The notes: a model not told the origin generated them from the letters alone. 64,000 nucleotides of DNA from an uncultured Alphaproteobacteria bacterium (GCA_963738065.1 CAVTVO010000037.1:1688-65687), one strand, 5' to 3'; counted from the stretch's first letter, positions 51,694-62,854 are shown. Translations and numbers: made by a program.

Positions 51694-52312
51694 ATGCAGC
51701 AGGACGCGCCAAAGACAGCCCTTAGAGCATTGATGGACGCAGCGCCGACCGAACCGGATGCATTTCTCATCTGGTCGTCGCAGCGCAAGCGTGAAGAGGG
51801 GAAGTTTGAGCTGTCGCGGGGGCGGGTGAGTTGCAAGATGATCAATGCGTCGAAGGGACATGCTCGCGTTTGCAGGAACCTACTCGTCGCATTGGATCGC
51901 ACGTTGGATCCGGAACGCTTCGATACCAGCGCCGCGGATTTTGCGGTCCGAACGCCATTCGGATTGCGCAGCCCTGATATCGTTGTCGATGCTGCGGATA
52001 CATCAGGCGCGCTGCTTGCCACTCGTGCGCCACTCTTCATAGCCGAGGTGCTCTCGCCCTCGACAACCGGCACCGACTTCACTGAGAAACTGCGAGGAAT
52101 ACACCGCGATCGATTCGCTGAAAGCGCACCTCATCTGCAGTCAGGATGAGCCTCGTGCGTGGGTGTGGCTGAGACAGGCCGATGGGAAGTGGCCGACGAA
52201 GCCGACAGAGATTGCCGGCCGCGATGGCACAATCGCGCTGGACAGCCTCGCGATCGAGCTCGCCATGGCCGCAATCTTCCGCGGCATCCCCGATCCGCCG
52301 ACGCTTCCCTGA
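51694..52312 (+). pseudogene. Uma2-family (DUF820) putative endonuclease; frameshift ~52096 as sequenced
   Basis: ...FELSRGRVSCKMINASKGHARVCRNLL...RSPDIVVD...LFIAEVLSPST...D...KL|[27 protein letters not shown]... Confidence 0.7.
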
Positions 52313-52321
52313 TTGCGACAC

Positions 52322-53105
52322 ATGCTCAAGATTCCGGCTCATCCCCTGCCTCGATGTCAAGGACGGGCGCGTCGTCAAGGGTGTCAACTTCGTCGACCTG
52401 AAAGACGCCGGTGACCCTGTCGAGGCCGCCGCCGCCTACGATGCGGCCGGCGCCGACGAGCTGTGCTTCCTCGACATCACGGCAAGCCACGAGAACCGCG
52501 ACACGATTCTTCACATCGTCGAGCGTACGGCCGAGCGCTGCTTCATGCCGCTCACCGTCGGCGGCGGCGTGCGCACCACCGAGGACGTCCGCAAGCTCCT
52601 GCACGCCGGCGCCGACAAGGTGTCGATCAACACGGCAGCGGTGCACCGCCGCCAGTTCGTGGCCGAAGGGGCTGACAAGTTCGGTGCCCAGTGCATCGTC
52701 GTCGCCATCGACGCCAAGCGCGTGTCGAAGCCCGGCGAGCCATTGCGCTGGGAGCTCTTCACGCACGGCGGCCGCACGCCTACCGGGCTCGAGGCGATCG
52801 CCTATGCCCGCGAGGTGGTTGGGCTCGGTGCCGGAGAGATCCTGCTCACCTCGATGGACCGCGACGGCACGAAGAAAGGCTTCGACCTCGAGTTGACGCG
52901 GGCGATCGCCGACGCGGTAACGGTGCCGGTTGTCGCCTCGGGCGGCGTGGGCACGCTCGATCATCTGGTCGAGGGCGTGCAGGTCGGCCACGCCAGCGCC
53001 GTGCTGGCTGCCTCGATATTCCACTACGGGGAGTTCAGCATCGCCGAGGCCAAGCGCTACATGGCCGCCGCAGGTATCGCCATGCGGCTCGATACGCCTG
53101 CCTGA
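52322..53105 (+). pseudogene. hisF: Imidazole glycerol phosphate synthase cyclase subunit; frameshift at codon ~4 (~52333)
   Basis: ATGCTCAAGATTCCGGCTC, then [30 protein letters not shown]...FLDITAS...PLTVGGGVR...[12 protein letters not shown]...ASGGVG. Confidence 0.93.
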
Positions 53106-53118
53106 CCCGCGTGCCGCA

Positions 53119-53655
53119 TTACTGCGGCTGCGGCTGGCCGGCCTGCTGATCGGGTTCGTCGAGAGGGTTGCGTCCAGGCGGGCGACGATGCTCGCGCCAG
53201 CCCGGGAAGGCGTGCCGCTCCTCGGGCGTGAGGTTTTCGGCGAGCTTGACGTAGAGGTCCTGCACGGCCTGCCGAGCCTTGTTCTCCGTCTCGGCCTGGC
53301 GCGACTGCGCAGATCGGAACTGCTGGCGGTCGAAGGGCTCGGCAATCAGGGCCTTGATGGTCTCCTCGCGTGCAGCGCGCACGGCGCGGCGGAAGGGGCG
53401 GACGTGGCTGCGCTCTTCGGCAATGGCATCCCACAGTGCCTTGCGCCGCGGAGCGGGAAGCGTGCTGGCATAGCCCAGCAAGTTGGGAATGACGATCCTG
53501 CCGGCCATGTGTGGATGAGGCCGGAAGCGCCACACCGCACCCGCCACCAGCCCGACGATCACCAGGTTGAGCGCCAGGGAAGCAATCAGCCCCACCTGCA
53601 TCCAGCGCGGCGCCGTCTGCACCGACCTCGGCCTGGGTGTGCCAACATCGCTCAT
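53119..53655 (-). CDS. Periplasmic Spy/CpxP/heavy-metal-sensor-like protein with N-terminal anchor
   Basis: TM segment WMQVGLIASLALNLVIVGLVAGAV, then a helical domain with an LTPEER (LTxxQ-like) motif. ATGA overlap with the upstream anti-sigma gene. Confidence 0.6.
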   Translation of the reverse strand: MSDVGTPRPRSVQTAPRWMQVGLIASLALNLVIVGLVAGAVWRFRPHPHMAGRIVIPNLLGYASTLPAPRRKALWDAIAEERSHVRPFRRAVRAAREETIKALIAEPFDRQQFRSAQSRQAETENKARQAVQDLYVKLAENLTPEERHAFPGWREHRRPPGRNPLDEPDQQAGQPQPQ

Positions 53656-54200
53656 AGCAGGTCCTCATCCAACAGGTCGACTTGCGCGACGGTAGGCCCG
53701 CGAGAGCTGAGTGTCATGCCTGTCAACTGCTCGAGTGCCGGCAGCATCGACTGCGGCACGTTGGAGAGACCGAGAAAGATGCCTAGCAGCAGCGAGGCAA
53801 CGAGTGCACCTGCCACGCCGCCGAAGGCCGTTCTGGTGGTCAGCCGCTGCGCCCGCTCACGCAGGCTGGAGAGCCGCACGACATTGTCGGCAACGGGCAC
53901 CGCAGCCGGCGGCGCCGCCTCGACCCTAGTGGTCGCCACGATGCGTGGCGAGCGCCGCGCCGCGGCGACGACGCGCTCCGCTATGGCTGCCTCCTGGGCC
54001 AGGGTGGGCAGCGGAGCGCGCTCCAGCGTGCGGTCCAGCGCCTCCGCCTCGGCGAGGAGACGCCGCGCCGCCCGATCACGCGCAACCAATTGGCCGGCAC
54101 TGGCCCGCGCCTCCACCGGCCAGCGCGTGCGGTCGCTGCCGTAGACGTCGAGCAGCCGCTCGAACTCGGCAATCGTCATCGTGTTGCTCGCATTGCTCAT
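53652..54200 (-). CDS. Probable anti-sigma factor (single-pass membrane protein)
   Basis: Position between the ECF sigma and sensor genes; cytoplasmic helical N-terminus; TM segment FGGVAGALVASLLLGIFLGL. Confidence 0.55.
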   Translation of the reverse strand: MSNASNTMTIAEFERLLDVYGSDRTRWPVEARASAGQLVARDRAARRLLAEAEALDRTLERAPLPTLAQEAAIAERVVAAARRSPRIVATTRVEAAPPAAVPVADNVVRLSSLRERAQRLTTRTAFGGVAGALVASLLLGIFLGLSNVPQSMLPALEQLTGMTLSSRGPTVAQVDLLDEDLL

Positions 54201-54288
54201 CTCGGCACCCGCTTATCTCATTCTTCTTTCTTCCGTCGGCCTTTTCCGACCTGTATTCGTCTCGATTTGCCTGTGCCCGAGCGGCGGC

Positions 54289-54903
54289 TCACGGCTCGCT
54301 CTCTGGCATCAGCTCGCGCCACTCCTGCTTCAACGAGACCTTGAGCGTGCGGCGCGCCCGCGCCAGCAGCGACTCCACCGCCTCGTCCGATATGCCCATC
54401 GCCTCGCCTACCTCGATCTGGCTCATGCCCTCGTAGTGAAAGAGGGTGAGAGCCAGCCGCTGCCGCTCGGGCAGCGCCTTCAATGCCGCATCCACACGTT
54501 GGCCAAGCTCCCGCTCGGCCAGGTGCCGCATCTGGGTTGCCGGCTCGCTCTCCTCCGGCACAGCCTCTACGACCGTCGTGTTGCGGCGCGCCCGCACGCG
54601 GTCGATGCACAGGTTCGACACTACCCGCCTCAGCCACGGCCGCACGCCACCGGGACCGAGCTCCAAGGCGCCCGCATTGCGCCAGAGCCGCAACAGCGTC
54701 TCCTGCGCCACATCCTCGGCCTCCGCGTCGTCTCTGAGCATGCGCCGCGCAACGGCAAGCACGGTCTGCAGGTGGCGGTCGACGAGGCCACGAAAAGCCT
54801 CTGTCTCGCCCGCCGCCACGCGCGCGAGCAGTGCCGTCTCCTCGATACTCTCGTCAGGTCCGGACCGCGGGAGCGGCCCAGACCCGCTTTTCTGCGCAAG
54901 CAC
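54289..54903 (-). CDS. ECF-type RNA polymerase sigma-70 factor
   Basis: Region 2 ...AEDVAQETLLRLW...; region 4 ...ALPERQRLALTLFHYEGMSQIEVGEAMGISDEAVESLLARARRTL. Confidence 0.88.
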   Translation of the reverse strand: MLAQKSGSGPLPRSGPDESIEETALLARVAAGETEAFRGLVDRHLQTVLAVARRMLRDDAEAEDVAQETLLRLWRNAGALELGPGGVRPWLRRVVSNLCIDRVRARRNTTVVEAVPEESEPATQMRHLAERELGQRVDAALKALPERQRLALTLFHYEGMSQIEVGEAMGISDEAVESLLARARRTLKVSLKQEWRELMPESEP

Positions 54904-54950
54904 GCCGATGCCTCTCGAGTGTCGTGCTCCTTGCCAACGTCCTCTAGAGC

Positions 54951-55859
54951 TTACCTCAAAAGGCCACGGCCGCGCATCATCGGCGGCAGGTCGGCATCGG
55001 TGATCCTGCCGTCGCCGTCAACATCGAGATCGGCGAAGCGCTCCTTGGCGAAGCGGTTGAACTCGTCCTTGGTGACCTTGCCGTCGCTATCGCCGTCAAA
55101 GCGGCGGAAAAAGCGCTTGGAGGCGGAGGCGATGCGTTCGGCGGCAGCCGGCTCCAGGTCCTTGGCATCGATGAAGCCGTCCCCGTTCTTGTCGAGGCGG
55201 TCGAACGCCCGATCGGCGCGGCCAATCAGCCGCCTCAGGTTGAACCGTCCGCGATCGCTCTCGCCCCTGCCGGGCTCCTCGGCGCCTTTGCCGGCGTCCT
55301 TGCCGGGTTCCTGGGCGGCTTGCTTGCCGTCCTGGCCGTCTCGCTGCCCGTCCCTGGCGTGATCCCTCCACTCGCGGAAGCGTTCACGCAATCCGGGGCG
55401 GCCGTCGCCATCGAGGTCGCGCATGGCGAAGCGGTCCTTGCGCGCCTTGGCAAACTCGTCCTTGCTGATGCGGCCGTCGTGGTCGGCGTCGAACCGCTTG
55501 ATGAAGCGCTTGACCCAGTAGTCGGCACTCTCCTTGGCGAAAGCCTCGAACTCCGCGCGATCGACCACGCCGTCGTTGTTCTTGTCGAGGCGAGCAAACG
55601 TCGGGTCGCGGCGGGCAAGGAACTCTTCGAGCGTGATCACGCCGTCCTTGTTGGAGTCCATCTCCTTGAGGCGCTCGCCGAAACGCACCGTCGAGCCGCC
55701 AAACAGGTCTCCGCCGCGCTCGCCCAGCATCGGGCCGAACATCGGGCCGCCGGGGCCGCCCCGCATCGGCCCGCCGGCGCGGAAGTGGGGGGCCGAGATG
55801 GCTGCTACGCTTCCTGCCGCCAGCAGAATGCCTGCGATCAGCACGACTTTCCTGGACAT
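54951..55859 (-). CDS. Secreted multi-EF-hand calcium-binding protein
   Basis: Signal peptide MSRKVVLIAGILLAAGSVAAISA; at least 6 loops of type DSNKDGVITLEEF, DKNNDGVVDRAEF, DADHDGRISKDEF, DKNGDGFIDAKDL, DGDSDGKVTKDEF, DVDGDGRITDADL. Confidence 0.8.
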   Translation of the reverse strand: MSRKVVLIAGILLAAGSVAAISAPHFRAGGPMRGGPGGPMFGPMLGERGGDLFGGSTVRFGERLKEMDSNKDGVITLEEFLARRDPTFARLDKNNDGVVDRAEFEAFAKESADYWVKRFIKRFDADHDGRISKDEFAKARKDRFAMRDLDGDGRPGLRERFREWRDHARDGQRDGQDGKQAAQEPGKDAGKGAEEPGRGESDRGRFNLRRLIGRADRAFDRLDKNGDGFIDAKDLEPAAAERIASASKRFFRRFDGDSDGKVTKDEFNRFAKERFADLDVDGDGRITDADLPPMMRGRGLLR

Positions 55860-55958
55860 CGTTCTTGCCACTCCTGGGCTGGTGGGATCGACGGGGTCCG
55901 GCGCTCTCGATCCATTGCCCCGAAGAACGGCGGTGCGCGGCCCTTTCCGTCGGCCTGC

Positions 55959-58896
55959 TCAGGTCACGAGCGCCTCGAAAAGGCCCGCAACCTCGCCTTC
56001 CCGGGCCGCAAGCTCTGCCTCCAGGTGCCGGAAATCGGGAGCTTCCCCGGCGCGTGCCAATAGGGCCTTGAGGCCCTCGGGGGCCTTGGCCGGCTCGAAC
56101 GGGCCGTCGAGGCACAGCCGCAGCACCTGGGTAAGGTTATTGAGCAGCCGGGCAGCCGGCAGCAGCGCCTCGGCCGCGGCGGCCGGTAGCAAACCCGCAG
56201 CACTCAGACCTGCAGGCCGCCACGGTGCTCTGGCCGAGCACGTCTGGGTTGCGCGGCGGCGTTCACGAGTTGCAGGTACTGGGCGATGAACTCCAGATCG
56301 ACCAGGCCGCCGCGCACCTGCTTCAGCTCCCAGATGTCGTCGGTGCCCTTCTCCTTGGCGATGCGCGGCGCGCATGTCGCGCACGTCGGCGGCGACCTTG
56401 GCGCGGTCGCGCGGCTGCCAGGAGGCGTCGCGGATCGCCGCCTCGACGCGCCGCCCTGCAGCGCCGGCGGCCCGGCGACGACGCGGGCGCGCGTCAGCGC
56501 CAGATGCTCCCACGTCCAGGCCTCCTTGGCCTGATAATGCGATGAAGCTCGACAGCTGCGTGGCGACCGGACCCTGCTGGCCCGACGGCCGCAGGCGCAT
56601 GTCGACCTCGTAGAGCGTGCCCTCCGCGGTCGGCGACGACAGCGCGCTGATGAGGCGCTGCGTCAGCCGCGTGTAGTACTGCGTCGGCGCCAGCGGGCGC
56701 GCGCCGCTCGACTGCGTCGCGTCCGGATCGAAGTCGTAGACGAGGATGAGGTCGAGGTCGGAGGCCGCCGTCATCTCGCGCCCGCCGAGCTTGCCCATGG
56801 CGATGACGGCGGCGGCGCCGCCCGGCACGCGCCCGTGCGCGCGCTCGAGCTCGCGCTCGGTCGCGGCCTGCAGGTGCCCGATGAGGCGCTCGGCCAGCAG
56901 CGCGTAGGCGCCGCCGGCCTGATTGGCCTTGATGGCGCCGGAGAGCACGCGGATGCCGATCAGGAACTGCTGCTCGCTGCCGAACACGCGCGCGCGGTCG
57001 AGCACGTATTGCATGTCGTGCTCGCCCGCGCCCGATCTCGGCGGCGATCAGGCGATCGAGCTCCTGCCCGGTCGGGCAGCTGCCGAGCATGCCGGGATCG
57101 AGCACGGCATCGAGCACGCCGGCGGCGCGCACAGGATGCGCGCGAGCCGCGGCGCCGTGCCCATGATGTCGGCGAGCAGCCGCAGCAGGCTCGGGTTGGC
57201 GCGCAACAGCGAGAACAGCTGCACGCCCGCCGGCAGCTCGGACAGGAAGCGGTCGAAGCTCGATGAAGCGCGCGGTCGGGATCGGCGGTATCGGCGAGCG
57301 CCGCGATCAGCGCGGCTGCACCTCGGTCAGGAGCTCGCGCGCGCGCGCCGTGCGCACCGCCGGATAGCGGCCGTGGTGCCAGCCGCGCACCAGCGCCAGC
57401 ACCTCGCGCGGGCTGCGTGTAGCCCATCTGCTTCAGCGCCGCGACCGTGCCGGGATCGTCCTGCCTCGCCGGCAAACACCATGTTGACGCCCTCCGGCGT
57501 CAGCTCGGGGCTGTCCTCGAACAGGCGCCGCGTAGTGGCGCTGCACGCGTCTCCAGCCGCTGAGTCAAGCGCGCGCGCGAAAGGCCGCGGCGTCGGCATA
57601 GCCGCAGAAGCGAGCGCAAAGCTCGACAGCCGTGCGGGGTCCTCGGGCACCTCCTGCGTCTGCTCGTCGGCGACCATCTGCAGCCGGTGCTCGACCGCGC
57701 GCAGGAAGAGGTAGGCCTCGCCGAGCTCGTCGCGCGACCGCGTCCTTGATCCAGCCGCGCGCCGCCAGGCGCGTGAGCGCCTCGAGCGTCTGCGGCGCGC
57801 GCAGGTCCGCGCTGGCGGCCGCCGGCGATCAGCTGCTGCGTCTGCACGAAGAACTCGATCTCGCGGATGCCGCCGCGCCCGAGCTTGATGTTGTGGCCCG
57901 CCACCGCGATCGTGCCGAAGCCGCGGTGGGCGTGGATCTGCCGCTTCATGGCGTGGATGTCGGCGATGGCCGCATAGTCGAGGTACTTGCGCCAGATGAA
58001 GGGCGCAAGATCCTGCAGGAGCGCGCGCCCCGCCTCGAGATCGCCGGCCACGGGCGCGCGCCTTGATGAGGGCGGCGCGCTCCCAGTTCTGGCCGAAGCT
58101 CTCGTAGTAGATCGAGCGCTGCCTCCGTCGACAGCGCGAGCTGGGTGGCGCCGGGATCGGGGCGCAGGCGCAGGTCGGTGCGGAACACGTAGCCGTCGCC
58201 CGGTGCGCTCCTCCAGGAGCTGCACGAGGTCGCGCGTCAGGCGCACGAAGAACTCTGCGGCTCGACCCCGGCGCGCAGACGGATACGATCGAGGTCGTAG
58301 AAGACGATGAGGTCGATGTCGCTCGAGTAGTTGAGCTCGTCCGCGCCGCACTTGCCCATGGCGAGCACGATGTAGCCGTGCGGGCCCTTCGCCCTGCCCA
58401 GCCGCCGGCGCTGCGCCGCCTGGCGGAACAGGAACGGCACGGCGCGCCAACGCCGCGTCCGCAGCTTCGGTCAGCGCCGCGGTGACGGCCAGCACGCGCC
58501 ACACGCCGGCAAGGTCGCAGAGCGCGGTCAGCAGCGCGACATCGGTCTTGAACAGACGCGCAGCGCGCGCATGGCGTCGGCGGTCGTCTCGGCCGTTGCG
58601 AGGGCGTCGGCAACCTTGCGGCAAAGCTCGTCGAAGCGTTCCTCGGGGGCGGCCGACAGCATTGCCAACAGCCGTGCGGGGTGGCGCTCGATGAGCATGG
58701 CGAGATAGGGCGAGGCACCAAGCGTTCCGGCAAGCAGGTCGCGCACGGGTGGCAGAGCGATGAGGGGGCCGAGGGCGCCAAGCTCGGGCTCCTGGCCACA
58801 GCGGAGGTCGAGGTCGCCCAGCACGCGCTCGGCGCGCTCGCGGTCGTGGACGACGGGTGCGGCGGCGATGCGAGAATGGAGAGGCGCGCTGGTCAC
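55959..58896 (-). pseudogene. glnE: Bifunctional glutamine-synthetase adenylyltransferase/adenylyl-removing enzyme; about 10 frameshifts as sequenced
   Basis: Two NTase cores (LAMGKCGADELNYSSDIDLIVFYD and IAMGKLGGREMTAASDLDLILVYDFD), plus FRTDLRLRPDPG and YEVDMRLRPSG, are spread over ORFs in all three minus frames. Confidence 0.88.
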
Positions 58897-59016
58897 TTTC
58901 AAGAACCACGTTGCATGTCGCGCAGCGTGACAGGTGTCACGAGAACCTGCGAGTTGGCGGCAAGACCGACCACAAAATCGACAGCATCGCAACGGCCGGG
59001 CCGACCGGCTTGGAGC

Positions 59017-60549
59017 CTACTCGGCGGCGATCTTGCCGGAAGCGGCCGCTGTGCGAGCGATGGCAGCGATGGTGTCGCGAAGCGCCTGTCCCTCCGGGTC
59101 CTTGCTGGCGGCCAGGCGCGCCTGCAGCACGGCGTCGGCGAAGTGCGCGCGGGGCAGCGCGCCTGCCAGCATCGGCTCCACAACGCCCTCCATGATCGCC
59201 GTCCAGTTGGCGAGTCCGCGCTTGTAGGTGTCGGCGTAGCCTCGCACCAGGGCAGCGGTCGCCACGACCTCGCGCGCGGCCCCGGCATCGAGGGCCAAGG
59301 TGCGAGCGACGAGGCCGAGCCAACGCTCCACCCATGCCTCCTCCTCGGCAAAGCGCAGCGTGCGCGGCCGCCAACGCCTCAGACCCGCCAGCACTTTGAG
59401 GCGCAGGAAGCCCGAGAGGCGCGTGGTCGTGACTTTGAGAGGCCAGGCGCGATCATGGCGGATGCGTGCCAGCGCCCAGCGGCCGAGCCGCGGCGGCAGA
59501 AGGCCGAACACCTCCTCCGGCCCCGGCTTCAGGTATTCCGTCACGTCGACGATGTCGCCCGCCTGCGCCTTGGCCTCCCGCGCGACGCGGGCTAGGCGGG
59601 CCTCACGCAGCTTCAGCTGGGCGACGCGGATCACGTCCTCCACGCTCATGCGCAAAGCGAGCTGGCGGGCGAGCTCGCCGATGAAGGCGCCATCCGCCCC
59701 CGGCGCGGCCGACAAAGCGGCTGACGCGCTCGAGGTAGCGCCCGGCGTAGGCGTGATCCTGGTAGTCGGCGAGGCGCTTGACGCCTTCGGCGAGGACGGC
59801 GTGGGCTTCGGCCGGGAAGGCCGCGACCGATCTCGGTGGGCAGAGCCCTTGCCGACGACGCGGCTCCATGCGCGCGGAGCTGCGTCTGCGCCACGAGCCT
59901 CTGCCCGCCCGTCGGGACCGCGGCCTGCAACCCCGCCTCGAAGCCGCGCAGGTTGGCGTCCACCGCCTTGCCCTCGGCGCGGATGGCGGCTCGGAAGGCC
60001 TCGGCCGCAATGGGCAGCACGCCGGAGGCGGCAACGGCGCCCAGCAGCACGGCATTGAGCGGGCTCCTGCGCTCGACGCGCGACGGCGGCGAAATCGGCG
60101 ATCGTGGCGCGGTGCGAGAAGCGCCGCGCCAGCTCCAGCATGCGCGCCTCGTCGAGCCGGCCGTCGCCCATGGCCGCCTTCTCGTCGATGGTGAAGACGC
60201 GCGCCGAGGAGGCGATCAGCACCGTGCGGTCCGGCGTGACGAAGCCGGCGGCGATGGCGCGCGTCGCCTCCAGCAGCTCGCTCGCCACCACCAGGTCGAC
60301 CTCGCCGGGCGCCGCGTTGAGCGCCAGCATCGGGCGCTCGGCCGCCGAGCGGTGGCGCTCGCCGGCGTCGGGCACGAGCTCGAGATAGTAGGTGGTGGCC
60401 CCCGTGCGCTGGGCGACGCCCGGGATGGAGGTGCCCTGCACGAAATGCCCGGCAGCGATGGACGCACCGTGCAGCCAGGATGCCAGCACACCGCCGCCCT
60501 CGCCGCCGAGCGCGGCGATCAGGACCTTGATGGGCTTGGCTTCCGCCAT
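59017..60549 (-). pseudogene. iorB: Indolepyruvate/arylpyruvate ferredoxin oxidoreductase beta-type subunit; at least 4 frameshifts
   Basis: GGAG RBS; MAEAKPIKVLIAALGGEGGGVLASWL...GTSIPGVAQRTGATTYY.... The middle is in ORFs 59646..60050 and 59603..60055, and the C-terminus returns to the first frame. Confidence 0.8.
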
Positions 60550-60553
60550 GACC

Positions 60554-62715
60554 TCACTCCGCCGGTGCCAGAGCATGGCGCGCGCGCCGCGCCCGCCGCC
60601 CAGGAGGCGGATCAGGGCCGCCGACAGCCGCGCGCGTGATGCGGTCCCAGCAGCGTCGGGTTCTGGATGATGTCGATCTGGGCGAAGGAGGGGCACAGCT
60701 GTGCCGCGTGCGCGACCTCTCCGCACAGGCCGCAGCCGACGCAGTCGTTGTTGACGTGGGCGATCGGGTCGGTGCGCAGCGGGTCCTCGTTGGGCTTGAT
60801 GGTGAGCGAGGGACAGCCCGACAGGCGGATGCAGGAATGATCGCCGGTGCACACCTCCGGGTCGACCCAGAAGCGCGTGCGCACCACGCGTTTGCCCGCC
60901 GCCACCAGCGCTTGCGAGCTCCGGGCGGATGCGGCGCTGCCGAGCCAGCTGGCACTCGCCGTCGGCGATGATGACCTTGAGGCCCTTGTGTCCCGTGCGC
61001 AGGGCCTCGCGCAGGGTGTTGCACCACGCCTGCCACGCCATAGGTGCGCACGCGCCTGATCCACGGCACGCCCAGGCTCTTCAGCGCCGCCTCGATGTCG
61101 AGGCCCTTGCCGCGGCCGTCCTGCTCCTCCTTGGAGGAGAGGATGTCCTGCTGGCCGGTGGCGCTGGAATAGCCGTTGTTCATGACGACCAGCACGCTGT
61201 CGTCCTTGTTGAACACGGCGCCGGCGACGCCGGTGATGAGGCCGTTGTGCCAGAAGCCGCCGTCGCCCATGACGCTGATCGGCCGGTTGGCCTGCGTGCC
61301 GGACACCGCCGCAGCCGAGGCGAGCGACATGCCGTAGCCCAGGATCGAGTTGCCCTGGTTGAAGGGCGCGAAGGTCGCAAACGAGTGGCAGCCGATGTCG
61401 GCCGAGACGTGCACCGGCCCCATCTCGCGGCGCAGCAGCTTCATGGCCGAGAACACGGGCCGCTCCGGGCAGCCGGTGCAGAAGGTCGGCGGCCGCGGCG
61501 GCAACGGCGCGCCCAGCGCCTTGTCGACCTCGGCCCGCTGCGCCTCGACCTTGGCGATCCACTGGTCGAGCGCTGGCGTGATGCGCCCGTAGCGGGCGCA
61601 GAAAGCCGACAGCCCCTTGCCGACGACGAGCGGCGTGTACTCGCCCGCCATGGGCAGCACGTCCTTGCCGTGCAGCGCGCGTGTTGAGGTCGGCCTTGCG
61701 CAGGATCTGGCCGATCGCCTGCTCGAGGAAGTCGGGCGCGCCCTCCTCGATGACGAGCACCGCCTTCTTGCCGGCGCAGAAGTCGACGATCTCCTCGGGC
61801 ACCAGCGGATGCACGACGTTGAGCACCAGGGTCGGCAACGCCACTGCGCCGTCGACGTCGCTCAAGCCGGCCAGCGCCAGCCGGCCGTTGAGCACGTTGA
61901 AAAGGCCGCCCTGCACGATGATGCCGATGTCGCCGTCGGCCGGGCCGAAGCGCTCGTTGAGCGCATTGCTCGACGATGAAGCGCCGCGCCGCCGGCAGCC
62001 GCCGCGCCACCTTGTCGGCTTCCTGGCGGAAGGTGGCCGGCGGATGCGCCAGCCGGTCGTAGTTGAAGCCGGCCGGCTCGAGGCGGTGCTTGGCCGAGTG
62101 GCGCGGCCGCCACGTTGTCCTTGGCGAGGAAGCTGCCGAACATGTGGCAGGCGCGGATGCGCAGCTCCAGTATGACCGGCGTGTTGGAGGCTTCCGACAG
62201 CTCGAAGCCCTTCTCGACCGCGCGCACCAGCGTTGGCAGATCGGGACGCGGGTCGATCAGCCACAGCGAGGATTTCATCGCGAAGGCGTGCGTGCGCTCC
62301 TGGATGACGCTGGCGCCCTCGCCGTAGTCCTCGCCGACGATGATGAGCGCGCCGCCCATGCACGCCCGGAGAGGCGAGGTTGGACAGCGCGTCGGCGGCG
62401 ACGTTGGTGCCGACGATCGACTTCCAGGTGACCGCCCCGCGCAGGGGATAGTTGATGGAGGCGCCGAGCATGGCGGCGGCGGCGGCCTCGTTGGTGCAGG
62501 TCTCCAGATGAATGCCGAGATCGCCGAGCAGGCTCCTCCGACTGCACCAGCACGTCGAGCAGGTGGCTCACCGGCGCGCCCTGGTAGCCGCCGACATAGG
62601 CGACGCCCGACTGCAGCAGCGCCTTGGTGACGGCCAGGATGCCCTCGCCGTAGAAGGTGTCGCCGGCGCCGAGCCGCAGGCTCTCGATCTCCTTGTGGAA
62701 CGAGACTTCAGCCAT
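60554..62715 (-). pseudogene. iorA: Indolepyruvate ferredoxin oxidoreductase alpha-type subunit (TPP + 2x[4Fe-4S]); at least 5 frameshifts
   Basis: MAEVSFHKEIESLRLGAGDTFYGEGILAVTKALLQSGVAYVGGYQGAPVS...; ...GDGGFWHNGL...; ...CTGDHSCIRLSGCPSL...CVGCGLCGEV.... Start 62715 is preferred because the upstream ATG at 62739 lies inside a REP unit. Confidence 0.8.
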
Positions 62716-62734
62716 CGCTGCCAGCTCCTGGCTT

Positions 62735-62825
62735 GTCATTCCGGCGCTTGTCGCCGGGATCCACCATGACGGTCGCGCCGGCTGCACGTTGAGAGATGGA
62801 TCCCGGGCACGAGTTCCGGGATGAC
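62735..62825. repeat. REP/MITE-like element, same family as 13876-13966
   Basis: GTCATTCCGGCGCTTGTCGCCGGGATCC ... GGATCCCGGGCACGAGTTCCGGGATGAC (inverted 28-nt hairpin units). Confidence 0.8.
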
Positions 62826-62854
62826 AACGGCAGCCGTCAGCTCCGACCAGAGCA

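Noticed and set aside
50364-51861. Long N-terminal extensions of track ORFs 50034..51407(-) and 50524..51861(-)
   Set aside because: The upstream parts run antisense through hisA and are Ala/Arg/Ser/Pro-rich nonsense. Only the 3' segments (50034..50363 and 50524..50871) look like proteins.
53106-53118. hisE expected directly after hisF
   Set aside because: Only 13 nt separate the hisF stop from the convergent sensor gene. No PRA-PH-like ORF exists in the window, so the gene must be elsewhere.
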